Shown here: positions 7,854 to 16,439 of the stretch, piece by piece
How the letters are laid out: every line of letters starts with the position of its first letter
How positions within the stretch are numbered: the first letter of the stretch is position 1
Source: Bdellovibrionota bacterium FG-1
GTDB taxonomy: Bacteria; Bdellovibrionota; UBA1018
Assembly: GCA_051382295.1 (NCBI GenBank)
Contig: JBBCAW010000011.1
Coordinates: 1 to 27,716, forward strand
DNA: 27,716 bases
Direction of reading: 5' to 3'
The notes under the pieces: model-generated
What the model was told of the DNA's origin: nothing
Seen by the model: the letters and a program-made list of their open reading frames with translations, nothing else
The model's database searches: none
Made by a program: the position numbers and the translations under genes

Positions 7854-9170
7854 ATGTGTCTCCTCTTTAAGTGTCACTGGGTGTTAGTCGCGATGGCTGC
7901 GTCCCTATTATCAACGACGTCCACTGTCGGATTCGCAGCGACGCTATTTTCGGCCTTCGAGCCGAATGACGTAGCGAGAAATCTGGTCGACGAATTCAAA
8001 TATGACACATTACAACAGATGCGGACCGCCGGGCTTGAACAAGCGCAGGTTCCTGCGCAGCCGTGGTCGGGGTGGTATTGGCCTCTCAATGAAGGGGGGC
8101 TTGCCTATCGTTACGCTGACCTCGCGTTTCCCAAGGGCACTAATGTGAATTGGGCCACTGTTTCAAATTATCTTTTGAGCACTCTCGGCGTTGGCCCGGT
8201 CAAGGATCTTTCGCCTATGGAAAAATACGATTTTCTGCTGGGCGATGGTAACTTTACGCTGACTCGGGCGATGATCAAAACAGCGGACGACCATCAGAGC
8301 GGCGGAAATGTTGAAGCCTGGATGGGGTATTGTACCGGCTGGGCAAATGCCTCGATGATGATGCCGAGACCCATGCATTCAGTTTATGTTACGGCGGCGA
8401 ATGGAAAAACGCAGATCGAATTTCGCCCCAGCGACATCAAAGCACTCGGCGCGCTTCTTTGGGCAAATGGTTCCTCTCCGGCCCGTGTTGTAGGTACTGT
8501 GTGCCAAGAAAATCCAGTACGTCGTGATCCCACCACGGGACGGGCACTGGATCCGGCGTGCCGGGATACCAACCCCGCCACATTCCATCTTTCGATGGTC
8601 AACCAGATCGGGGTGAGTAGACGTTCGTTTCTCATTGATAGCGATTCGGGTTATCAAGTTTGGAATCAGCCCGTTTCGAGTTACAGTTATACCTATTTCA
8701 ATCCTGCGACGGGAAAACTGGCTCCGCTTGAGGCCGCAAGCGTCAGATTGAGCGATCTTGCCAATGACCCGTTCAAGGGGGTGCGAGCGTCGGGCGCGAA
8801 GTTCGTCGTTGGCGTGGAAACACAACTGACCTTTATTTACGAAACGCGCCCGAACGTTCAACAAACGGATTCGCCGGAAACTGATGAAAAGAGGGTTCCC
8901 GTTTACAAGTACGATCTTGAACTCGATGACGCCGGGCAGATCATCGGCGGGGAGTGGTATTCCCGTTTACATCCGGACGTGCTCTGGGTTGCCCTGCCGG
9001 GATCGCATCCCGCAACGAGCGGCGACGCCTTGGTCCACCCAGGAGATCAATGGAGACCACGGCAACCCCTGCCCACCTCATGGAGGACGGCAGCAAGGGC
9101 ATCCGGGCAGTATCTTCAACCGCTTGGCCTGATCGTCGACAAGCTTTTCGAATGGGCGAGTCAGCAATGA
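7854..9170 (+). CDS. Secreted transglutaminase-elicitor (GP42-like) family protein
   Basis: Motifs PWSGWYWP, LSPMEKYD, WMGYCTGWA, DIKAL, NPATFH, VWNQPV, YDLELD...IIGGEW and HPD.LW. Signal-peptide-like N-terminus; exact start uncertain. Confidence 0.85.
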   Translation: MCLLFKCHWVLVAMAASLLSTTSTVGFAATLFSAFEPNDVARNLVDEFKYDTLQQMRTAGLEQAQVPAQPWSGWYWPLNEGGLAYRYADLAFPKGTNVNWATVSNYLLSTLGVGPVKDLSPMEKYDFLLGDGNFTLTRAMIKTADDHQSGGNVEAWMGYCTGWANASMMMPRPMHSVYVTAANGKTQIEFRPSDIKALGALLWANGSSPARVVGTVCQENPVRRDPTTGRALDPACRDTNPATFHLSMVNQIGVSRRSFLIDSDSGYQVWNQPVSSYSYTYFNPATGKLAPLEAASVRLSDLANDPFKGVRASGAKFVVGVETQLTFIYETRPNVQQTDSPETDEKRVPVYKYDLELDDAGQIIGGEWYSRLHPDVLWVALPGSHPATSGDALVHPGDQWRPRQPLPTSWRTAARASGQYLQPLGLIVDKLFEWASQQ

Positions 9171-10399
9171 GGCGGACCCAGCAGGCCGTTATTATAATCG
9201 GCGAGAGTGGCTTGCCAGCCGAGCACTTGAGCTTGATCCGGGGCGCTCAGTGAACTCCAGTCTAGATAGTTATGAGTGGCAAGAAAGGTATCTGCGGCGA
9301 CAATGACCGCACTGATTGTTCCTGAGCTCGCTCCTTTTGCAATCGTAATTTTTGCACCCAGTAACTGAGAATAGAGTTTGGTAATCCCATTACTGGAATC
9401 TCCGTAGACACTCTGACCGAGAACGTCGCCGGCGATCGCGGTCGTCGTTACTGCCAATGTTTTTGCGCCACCTTGTGTTCCGAGATAGAGAGGTAGGGTG
9501 GGCGCGACAAGGGTTAAGTGATTCTTCCAATAACCGATGGTGCCGGTGCAGCCACACGACGCGGTTGCCACAAACGCAGTCGCAGTCGCGTGGTATTGGG
9601 TCTGAGTATCGTGTGTTACGATGTTCGCGGCGTTTACTAAATCATAGGTATCTCAGCAGGCTGCGGCATTGTTTGTGATCGTGACCGTATAGTTGATGGT
9701 CTGAGTGCCCGATAGGGTAAGGGTAGGTCCGGAAGGGGTACAGGTAAAGCCTGTCGGACATTGAAAAATATCGGTCAGATTGGCGGAGGCATCTACCGTC
9801 TGGTTCGTAAGCGTGATGCTCACCGGCGCGAGAATGTCCACAGGGTGTGGGGTGCCCTCGAAGCCCAGAAAATTATCGATCGTTGCAATGGCATGGTTAC
9901 GATATTGGGTTTGGGCCGAAAGGGAGAGACTGGTGAACTGATAGGGATAGCATTGACTTTGAAGTGGACTCAGTTCGGCCGCGATGGGCAAAGAAATCCC
10001 TGTTCCGAATGGTGCCCAATTCGTACCCGTATAATACTCCAATTGATCCGTGGCAAAAAGACCGCTTGTAGAAGCCGTTGCGCCGGTATTATTGAGGCAG
10101 ACATTACCGGAAATAGGGCCATTCGACGTAGCTAGCGTGGGTCCCGTTCGATTGACTGTGATGGTGAAGGGCACCTGCACGGCCGCACCAATGCCAATGG
10201 AATATGGGGAGGTGGTCGGGGTAGTTTTTGTGATCGACCAGTTGTAGGTTTCGGTTTGCGCGATCGTGGCGCTCGCAGTCTTGGTCCCCATGAGGGAGGT
10301 TCCGCCCGAGCCCCCGAGAGCCACCCCGGTGAGTGCGAGAGGTATGGCTAAGATGCTGCCGCCTTTACAAATGATCGAGAAAAAAAATGTGGAACGCAT
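9161..10399 (-). pseudogene. Secreted Cys-rich beta-sandwich protein (paralog A) with a C-terminal TIGYWKNH domain, interrupted by an in-frame TGA at 9653-9655
   Basis: ORFs 9653..10399 and 9161..9571 are in the same frame. The 27 codons between them (DTYDLVNAANIVTHDTQTQYHATATAF) are open and align with the C-termini of the paralogs. RBS aggag upstream of ATG 10399. Would be 412 aa if read through. Confidence 0.75.
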
Positions 10400-10455
10400 A
10401 TCGGTCTCCTAACTCAAAATCATGCTTAGCTCAGGATCGAGGAGCTGCCCCTGTG

Positions 10456-10486
10456 AAAATGCCCGGCCACGAGATCGCGGCCGGGC
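10456..10486 (-). terminator. Intrinsic terminator-like hairpin after paralog B
   Basis: Minus strand gcccggccgcga-tc-tcgtggccgggc followed by atttt. Confidence 0.6.
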
Positions 10487-10511
10487 TGCTGTGCTTACCG
10501 GTTTCAACCTT

Positions 10512-10911
10512 CTATGGATGACAGGTTCCAGTGTAGATCGTAGCGGTTGCCGAGGCTGAGGGCAGCGCTGGGTTGGTTGACGGCGTCAGCGTCGCGGTAT
10601 TCAACCCCGAGAGGGTCTGCCCGCACGCGGCCGAGCTGTTGGTCAGGCTAACCGTATAGGTCGTGGTTGGGTAGCTACCCGTAAGAGGGAACGTGGTCGT
10701 TAGTGGATTACAAGTGAACCCGGCTGGACAGGTGAAGACATCCACGAGGCTGGCGTTCTTGTCCACTTCGACCAGGGCTGGCGTGACGATGACATTCGCG
10801 ATGATGTCGATCGAATGGGCCGTTCCTTCAAATCCTGTAAAATTGTCGATGGTCGCAACCGCGTGGTTGCGATACATCGCGCAAGCAGGAGTCACCGTTG
10901 CCATTGTACAT
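10512..10911 (-). pseudogene. Paralog B, C-terminal half only (signal peptide and N-terminal half missing)
   Basis: YRNHAVATIDNFTGFEGT...FTCPAGFTC...ACGQTLSGLNTATL...IYTGTCHP matches paralogs A and C, and similarity stops near 10905. The RBS-adjacent ATG (10911) is out of frame; an in-frame ATG lies at 10904. The ORF-track extension to 11036 shows no similarity. Confidence 0.7.
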
Positions 10912-10957
10912 AAAAGTCCTTTTTTGTAAAAGATGGGAAAGCAAAGGACGGAGCGAA

Positions 10958-10995
10958 TGCAGATAGTATGCCTGCCGCCTGGTATGTCGGTTGCA
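10958..10995. promoter_or_regulatory. Back-to-back sigma54-like -24/-12 motifs
   Basis: Plus strand TGGTATG-TCGG-TTGCA (10980-10995); minus strand AGGCATA-CTAT-CTGCA (10973-10958). Both have GG-N10-GC spacing. Confidence 0.55.
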
Positions 10996-11038
10996 GTAGC
11001 GCACGCTCTGCCGAGTACTCGGCAAATGGAGATCAATT

Positions 11039-11884
11039 ATGCGTTCAACTCGGCTTCTTGCGATTCTTTGTTTGTCAGCTCTCGTCGGTTTAATGAGCCC
11101 GGCGACGGTCGTATTCGCTGGCCCCAGCGGAGGAACAACCCTGGATGGTTATAAAACCGCGAGTTCAACCCTTACCCAAAGTACTACTTATAATTGGAGT
11201 ATTAATAAAACGACCCCGCCGAATCAAACCCCTTACGTCATTCATCAAGGCAGGAGTATTCTCTCGAATTTTACGATTGTGGCAACCCGAGCTGCGGGCG
11301 TGGTGACATCGACTAGTGGTCCCGTCACCGGGCAAATTTGCGTCGCCAATACGGGGGATTCCGCAACGGTAGGCCTTGCAATCCACGACGTCCTTCAAAA
11401 TGCAGTGGGTGGAAATTATCACGATATCGCTTCGCAGGATGTGCTCGTGAATTACGAACTCGAAACAGGAGAGAGTGCCTGCTATCCCTACCAGTTTAAT
11501 ATAGGTCTCGACCCTAATCGAGTTTACCGAAACGTCGCGTTCGTCAGTATTGAAAATTATCTGGGTCACGAGGGGACACCTTGGGAAATCGCGCTTGAGG
11601 CCCCTGTTCATATGACCGTGACCAACCAGGTGATCGACGCGACCGCCGCACTGACCGATGTATTTCAGTGCCCCGCAGGATTTTCGTGTCAACCTCTTTC
11701 CTCCACGCAAACTTTGACGAACTCACAGACAATCTCCTATCAAGTTCAGTTGCAAAACCTCTCAGCCCCGTGTGGACAGACGCTTTCGGCCCTCAATTCC
11801 GCGACCCTGGTCCAATCGACCACACTACAGACGCGTGCATCATCAGCAAGTATTCAAATTTACACGGGCACGTGCCATCGATAG
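11039..11884 (+). CDS. Secreted Cys-rich beta-sandwich protein (paralog C, intact)
   Basis: 281 aa with signal peptide (...VVFA). Motifs G.KTAS.T..Q...YNWSI.KTTP, GQIC, CYPYQF, YRN, CPAGFSC, CGQTL, YTGTC. RBS ggag. Confidence 0.85.
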   Translation: MRSTRLLAILCLSALVGLMSPATVVFAGPSGGTTLDGYKTASSTLTQSTTYNWSINKTTPPNQTPYVIHQGRSILSNFTIVATRAAGVVTSTSGPVTGQICVANTGDSATVGLAIHDVLQNAVGGNYHDIASQDVLVNYELETGESACYPYQFNIGLDPNRVYRNVAFVSIENYLGHEGTPWEIALEAPVHMTVTNQVIDATAALTDVFQCPAGFSCQPLSSTQTLTNSQTISYQVQLQNLSAPCGQTLSALNSATLVQSTTLQTRASSASIQIYTGTCHR

Positions 11885-12068
11885 TCGCGAGTTGACAACG
11901 TTTTGACATCTTGTGATTGATGAGTGGTTAAGCAGACTTACAGATGCAGGTATTCAAGCTCTGTTAAGCTATTGCCGGCTGGTTCGGTCTGTGTTTACCT
12001 GTATACACTGAGCAAACACATTTTACGTGCGCGACATTCTTTATTAACCATTCTGAAAGGATTTCATT

Positions 12069-12944
12069 ATGTCGATTCAAAGAAGTTACACCCTACCCCT
12101 ATTTGCTATTCTGATTGCCGGCTTTTCAATCGCCTGCAATAACCCACCGCCACCGGTCAATTATTCGGTCACGGTACCATCTCCTAATGTGATCGAAGCT
12201 CAATTTAAGTTGCTGGGACATTACGGGATCGGTCTTTCTTTGGACTTTACGATGCCTATGAATCTCGGGACGGTTTTTGCATCGCCCGAAACGCCTCAAG
12301 CGGGATTTGGTTTTGGCTTCGCATTAAATACCAGAGTGTTCATGAAAGACACCTGGACCGACTTTCAGGAAGTGACGACGCTTCCCACCGGTGCGGCATT
12401 TCCTGCTTGGATGAGTGGACCGGTCGTTGATTTTACGAGTCCCGCACTCAATACGCATGGCGCCGCGTACCACCTCTATTTTGGTGATCATGATCAGTTT
12501 TATATTGGAATTGGTGCGCTTATTTACGCGATCAACGAAACCTTTCCGACGACGAATGTTGGATTCAGTTATTATGACACCAAGGGCAATGCGATCATCG
12601 GTATCGAGTTTTTTGGTCCAAAACTGGGACCTGATGGTCATGCCGTGGTTTCAGGCGGAATCTTCGTGGGCACCAATATCACGCCTTTTCTTCCAGCTAA
12701 TTTTCCCGGGCCGACGCCTATGCCAACCCCAACCTCATCCCCGCTGGTTAGCCCGGCCTCTGAAATGCCAAGCATGGCAGTGCTAGTCGACGCCGCGAGT
12801 AGGCATATCCCTGTCGTTATTAATGGTCAGCCTGCTTACGGGGTCATGCATGTGACTGGGCCAGGTGCGAGACACTATCGCTCACAACGTGCGATTAAGC
12901 GCCTCATTAACAGATACATGACCGCAAGCCGTCAGAGCAACTAA
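12069..12944 (+). CDS. Hypothetical lipoprotein (beta-rich, Pro/Thr linker, basic C-terminus)
   Basis: 291-aa ORF, lipobox FSIAC, RBS aagga, followed by a terminator. Confidence 0.8.
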   Translation: MSIQRSYTLPLFAILIAGFSIACNNPPPPVNYSVTVPSPNVIEAQFKLLGHYGIGLSLDFTMPMNLGTVFASPETPQAGFGFGFALNTRVFMKDTWTDFQEVTTLPTGAAFPAWMSGPVVDFTSPALNTHGAAYHLYFGDHDQFYIGIGALIYAINETFPTTNVGFSYYDTKGNAIIGIEFFGPKLGPDGHAVVSGGIFVGTNITPFLPANFPGPTPMPTPTSSPLVSPASEMPSMAVLVDAASRHIPVVINGQPAYGVMHVTGPGARHYRSQRAIKRLINRYMTASRQSN

Positions 12945-12970
12945 AGCGAACACCCTTCAGGCAGTCGATG

Positions 12971-13004
12971 CGGCCTCGGAGTTAGCTCCGGGGCCGTTTT
13001 TTTT
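12971..13004 (+). terminator. Rho-independent terminator
   Basis: cggcctcggag-ttag-ctccggggccg followed by T8. Confidence 0.9.
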
Positions 13005-13156
13005 ACTCCAGTGGGTCCATTTTTCCATAGTATGGTTTTTTTACACCCCCCCTATCCGTTTAGCCAGGGTATGCTATTCCGAACGCACTATCCTGGTGCC
13101 CAGCGAATGGTTGCTTTGGGAATAACGGGCAGCCCGATCAGCTGGAGTCGACCGTT

Positions 13157-14290
13157 TTACTTTCTGAAGTTCTCAATCACGCGAATCAATTTATTTTCAG
13201 CGACCATGTGGAGCTTTTGAGCCTGGGTCGGCGTTTCCGTGAGAACGGTGGTCACGAGATCCATATGACGAAACAGTTTAACGACTTTACTATCCATGCG
13301 TGGATCAAATTCTTGGTTCAACAAAAAGTCCCGCGTGCGAATCGACTCGTTCAACCAGATGGTGAACTCACTGAATTCTTGGATATTCGGAATCGTGAGA
13401 TCGACGTTATAATGAAAGAGGAGACTGAGGCCTTTCCTGAAAAAATTAGCATGGCTGATATTGGTGAGCTTATCCAAAACCATGGCTCCCAAAAAATTAG
13501 CCCTCAGCTGCAGCAAATACACTGAGTCGAGATACCCTTTGGTGGCATTGACCAAGATCTGGTGCTCCCAATCGGCTGGAACTAATTCACCCGCGTCAAA
13601 TTGTTTTCGTTTGGCGAGGGTGTCTTCGAGCATCTGAAGCATCGACATTTTGGGGAGGTTCTTTTTTTCCCCCTGAATTTCAAGGTTGGTGTTCACCATA
13701 TGGATGGCGGTGGCCAAGGCCATGAGGTTCATCATATTATTGTTGGTTGAGGCGGGTGAAATGTCATACTCACCTTGGTTGTAACCGTCTAAAACCCGAA
13801 AAAATTCGTTAACGGCGTCCTTTTTGAGCCGAGCGAGTTCATCGTCGGTGTCAAAGCCGTCGGCCTTATAAAGTTGATACTCAAAAGCCATAAAATAGGC
13901 CGCAGCAAAGGCCATTTTCGCCTTCATAGTCTGCGCGTTTTCCATATCGATGAGGGCGTTTCTCCGAATGGTCAGCGAGGCGCCCTGACGATTATCCGCG
14001 TAAAGATCTTTGGAGACCTTTAAAGTTTCTTTTACCCCCTCAAGAGTTTCGTTCGCCGTGGCCTTAACCTCTCCGGTCATGCGGGTCATTTCATCCATTT
14101 TGCTATTGGTCTGCGACATCTGATCACTCATCTTAGTCGTCGTGTCACTCATCTTAGCAGTCGTGGCGCTCATATCCTGAGTCGTGTTTTTCATGTCGTC
14201 CATGTTCTTCAGAGCCCCGCAGCCAGAGGCGACCAAGCATGAGAGGGTTAAACCAAATACTGCAACAACGGGTTTTCTTGCACACATCAT
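13157..14290 (-). CDS. Hypothetical lipoprotein with a Met-rich heptad coiled coil and a helical C-terminal domain
   Basis: 377 aa, lipobox ASGC, followed by DMSATTAKMSDTTTKMSDQMSQTNSKMDEM heptads. Confidence 0.85.
   Translation of the reverse strand: MMCARKPVVAVFGLTLSCLVASGCGALKNMDDMKNTTQDMSATTAKMSDTTTKMSDQMSQTNSKMDEMTRMTGEVKATANETLEGVKETLKVSKDLYADNRQGASLTIRRNALIDMENAQTMKAKMAFAAAYFMAFEYQLYKADGFDTDDELARLKKDAVNEFFRVLDGYNQGEYDISPASTNNNMMNLMALATAIHMVNTNLEIQGEKKNLPKMSMLQMLEDTLAKRKQFDAGELVPADWEHQILVNATKGYLDSVYLLQLRANFLGAMVLDKLTNISHANFFRKGLSLLFHYNVDLTIPNIQEFSEFTIWLNESIRTRDFLLNQEFDPRMDSKVVKLFRHMDLVTTVLTETPTQAQKLHMVAENKLIRVIENFRK
14125..14187. repeat. Imperfect 21-nt tandem repeat x3 encoding the heptads
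   Basis: cactcatcttagtcgtcgtgt / cactcatcttagcagtcgtgg / cgctcatatcctgagtcgtgt. Confidence 0.75.
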
Positions 14291-14298
14291 AAGGCGTG

Positions 14299-14327
14299 TT
14301 TATAGACAAAATGACACGATGTGTCAA
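14299..14327 (-). promoter_or_regulatory. sigma70 promoter with an overlapping palindromic operator
   Basis: Minus strand TTGACA-N17-TATAAA, ending 8 nt before ATG 14290. Palindrome TGACAC-N3-GTGTCA at 14312-14326. Confidence 0.75.
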
Positions 14328-14369
14328 TACAATGCCCAAGGGGTTGCTTTTACACAATAAAATCTCGAG

Positions 14370-16427
14370 TTAAGCTGCCTTTTTGGTCAGGGGCCCTTGC
14401 AACTTGGGCGCGTGAAACGGCGGTGGCGTAACCTCACGGCCAGGGTTAAACGGCGGCGGAACGGGCACGGCTTTTGTCTCGCTTAACTCGGCAATCGAAA
14501 AGCCCGTGCTGGTGCCCTCAAGGATGGTGATTCCAGTTTCGGGTGACTCATCATGCACACCCTTATCGCTCTTCTCGGATTCATACGAGCTATAGGGAGT
14601 CTTCACAATCACTTCCTGACCTGCTTCGTCGATATACCCTGCAACCGTATAGACCTCAATCGCCTGGGCTTTGCCCTTCACCCGAGCGCTCTTGCGCTTT
14701 TCAAAAACAAACCGACTGTGGACCTCGTCATAGATCGACTGGGGAATCAAAAAATCCGTTCCATACTCCTTGGTCATCGATTCCATGCGCGACGCCAAGT
14801 TGACGGCGTCGCCGATGACCGTGTACTCCATCTTTTCGTTTGACCCGATATTTCCGGCAATCACGGAGCCCGTATTTAAGCCCATCCCAATTTTCAGTGC
14901 AGTTTGCCCGCGCGAAATTCTCAGCTCATTCAGCTTGGAGAGCTCCTCTCGCATCGCGATACAAGCGCGGACCGCGCTATAGGCATCATCCTCGCCAGGA
15001 AGGGGCACGCCCCAAATCGCCATGATGGCATCGCCCACGTATTTGTCGACAATCCCCTTGTGCGCACGAATGATCGCCACCATGCGGGTCATGTACTCGT
15101 TGAGCATTTCCACTACCTGCTCAGGCTCCATCGTCTCCGACATTGCCGTAAAGCCACGAACGTCACTAAAAAAAATAGTGGCCTTTTTGCGCTCGCCTCC
15201 GAGCTTAACCTCGCCGGACAGCAGTTTTTCCGCAATTTCTTTGTTATGAAATTTATTGAACGTCTCTTTGACTCGGTCACGTTCTTCAAGACCTTTGGCC
15301 ATATCGTTGAACGCCAGGGAGAGCGTCGCGATTTCATCACGGCTCCGGGGTTTGAGGTCAATGGCAAAATCCCCCTGCGAGATTTTTCGGGCCGCCTCGA
15401 CCAGCGTCTTGATCGGCCGCGTGATCGTACCCGAATAAAGATATCCCATCAAAAAAGCGAGGCACAAAATAATCAACGCAATGTAGGTCGATTTGGTCTT
15501 CACGCTTTGAGCGGCTTCAAAAGCCTTGGCCTCGGGAACCTCCGACACCACGCCGAGTGAGCCAAAGCCCACGAGATGAAACGCCCCCAAACGCGCCTCG
15601 CCCGTCTGCGGATCAAGGTAACGGGTTTGGCCATTATTGAACTTACCCTCGAGCATTTGGCGCACAATTTCAATTTGCGCCATGCTTTCGCCACTCGAGG
15701 CGCGATTGGCATCGGGATGGGCCAGGAGCCGGCCGCGATGATCGACCATGTAACTCGTTATGATATCGCTTTCAGCGAACGCTTTAGCAAAGGTGGTGAT
15801 TCGAACCACCGCAGTCAAAATGTGCGTGAACCGATCTTTCGTGTTTTCTGCTGCGATAAACGGCAGACCTAGCGCAAGCGCCAAGCCACCGTCTGGCAAA
15901 CGCAGGGTCGCCACGAGGGCCTCGCCGCGCGCAATACGGGTCACCGAGAACTCTTTTTCACTCAAGGCCGCTGCCAAAGTTTTGGCGCCATCTGCATCAC
16001 CCATGGAATTTAAGTCCGGGGAGCCCGCTACGGCGATGGTTTGGGGGGAGGCCGTGTCCACATCTCGCTGGATCGCCAATAAAAGAAAATCCTTATCTTT
16101 GGAAAAAAACTCAGCTTTTAGGCGTGCCCGGGTCTCGTTCGTGACCGAATCTTGAACCAGAATGGTCCCGAGCATCCTCATGCGGTTAGTAATGCCCTCA
16201 AAGCCATCTCGCACACGCGTGGCCAGACTGCTCGCGGTATCTGAATTCATCTTTTGAATCAAGGCGGTATTGTCTTCGGTAAACATCCGCGTGGACACCC
16301 AAACCAGACCCACCACCGAGCCCAAAAGAAGCACGGCGATGAGGCTGACCAGTTTGGTCCCAATCGTCAGGCGAAAGAGTGCGAGTGCTTTTTGCGTACC
16401 CATGAATCGTTTAGGCCCCCGTTTCAA
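14370..16427 (-). CDS. Membrane class III adenylate cyclase (TM-Cache-like periplasmic domain-TM-HAMP-cyclase)
   Basis: FFSDVRGFT, VDKYVGDAIMA, GNIGS...EYTVIGDAVNLASRMES, with Lys/Thr ATP-specifying residues. HAMP ITRPIKTL...DEIATLSLAFNDM. YMVDHRGRLLAHPD Cache-like motif. The start may instead be ATG 16403. Confidence 0.93.
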   Translation of the reverse strand: MKRGPKRFMGTQKALALFRLTIGTKLVSLIAVLLLGSVVGLVWVSTRMFTEDNTALIQKMNSDTASSLATRVRDGFEGITNRMRMLGTILVQDSVTNETRARLKAEFFSKDKDFLLLAIQRDVDTASPQTIAVAGSPDLNSMGDADGAKTLAAALSEKEFSVTRIARGEALVATLRLPDGGLALALGLPFIAAENTKDRFTHILTAVVRITTFAKAFAESDIITSYMVDHRGRLLAHPDANRASSGESMAQIEIVRQMLEGKFNNGQTRYLDPQTGEARLGAFHLVGFGSLGVVSEVPEAKAFEAAQSVKTKSTYIALIILCLAFLMGYLYSGTITRPIKTLVEAARKISQGDFAIDLKPRSRDEIATLSLAFNDMAKGLEERDRVKETFNKFHNKEIAEKLLSGEVKLGGERKKATIFFSDVRGFTAMSETMEPEQVVEMLNEYMTRMVAIIRAHKGIVDKYVGDAIMAIWGVPLPGEDDAYSAVRACIAMREELSKLNELRISRGQTALKIGMGLNTGSVIAGNIGSNEKMEYTVIGDAVNLASRMESMTKEYGTDFLIPQSIYDEVHSRFVFEKRKSARVKGKAQAIEVYTVAGYIDEAGQEVIVKTPYSSYESEKSDKGVHDESPETGITILEGTSTGFSIAELSETKAVPVPPPFNPGREVTPPPFHAPKLQGPLTKKAA

Positions 16428-16439
16428 GCGGCTTCGTAT

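Noticed and set aside
7825..7887. 20-codon ORF resembling a lipoprotein signal (LHGLSIVVSLCVSSLSVTGC) after gaggag
   Set aside because: It stops right after Cys, the TTG is too close to the RBS, and the TGase frame has its own signal-like segment. It only adds uncertainty to the TGase start.
9653..9655. Genome-wide UGA=Gly recoding (code 25)
   Set aside because: TGA is clearly a stop in pstC, pstA, pstB, phoU, phoB and phoR, several of them with start-stop overlaps.
10512..11884. Shufflon-type inversion swapping the C-termini of paralogs B and C
   Set aside because: The inverted orientation is suggestive, but I saw no identical crossover sites at the YRN junction and no invertase in the window.
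11885..12068. Possible riboswitch or sRNA upstream of the 291-aa lipoprotein
   Set aside because: Only a weak tgtgttt/aaacaca stem and two TTGACA hexamers without a well-spaced -10; no recognisable aptamer.
13011..13220. 69-aa plus-strand ORF
   Set aside because: It lies just after a strong terminator, has no RBS and overlaps the convergent gene.
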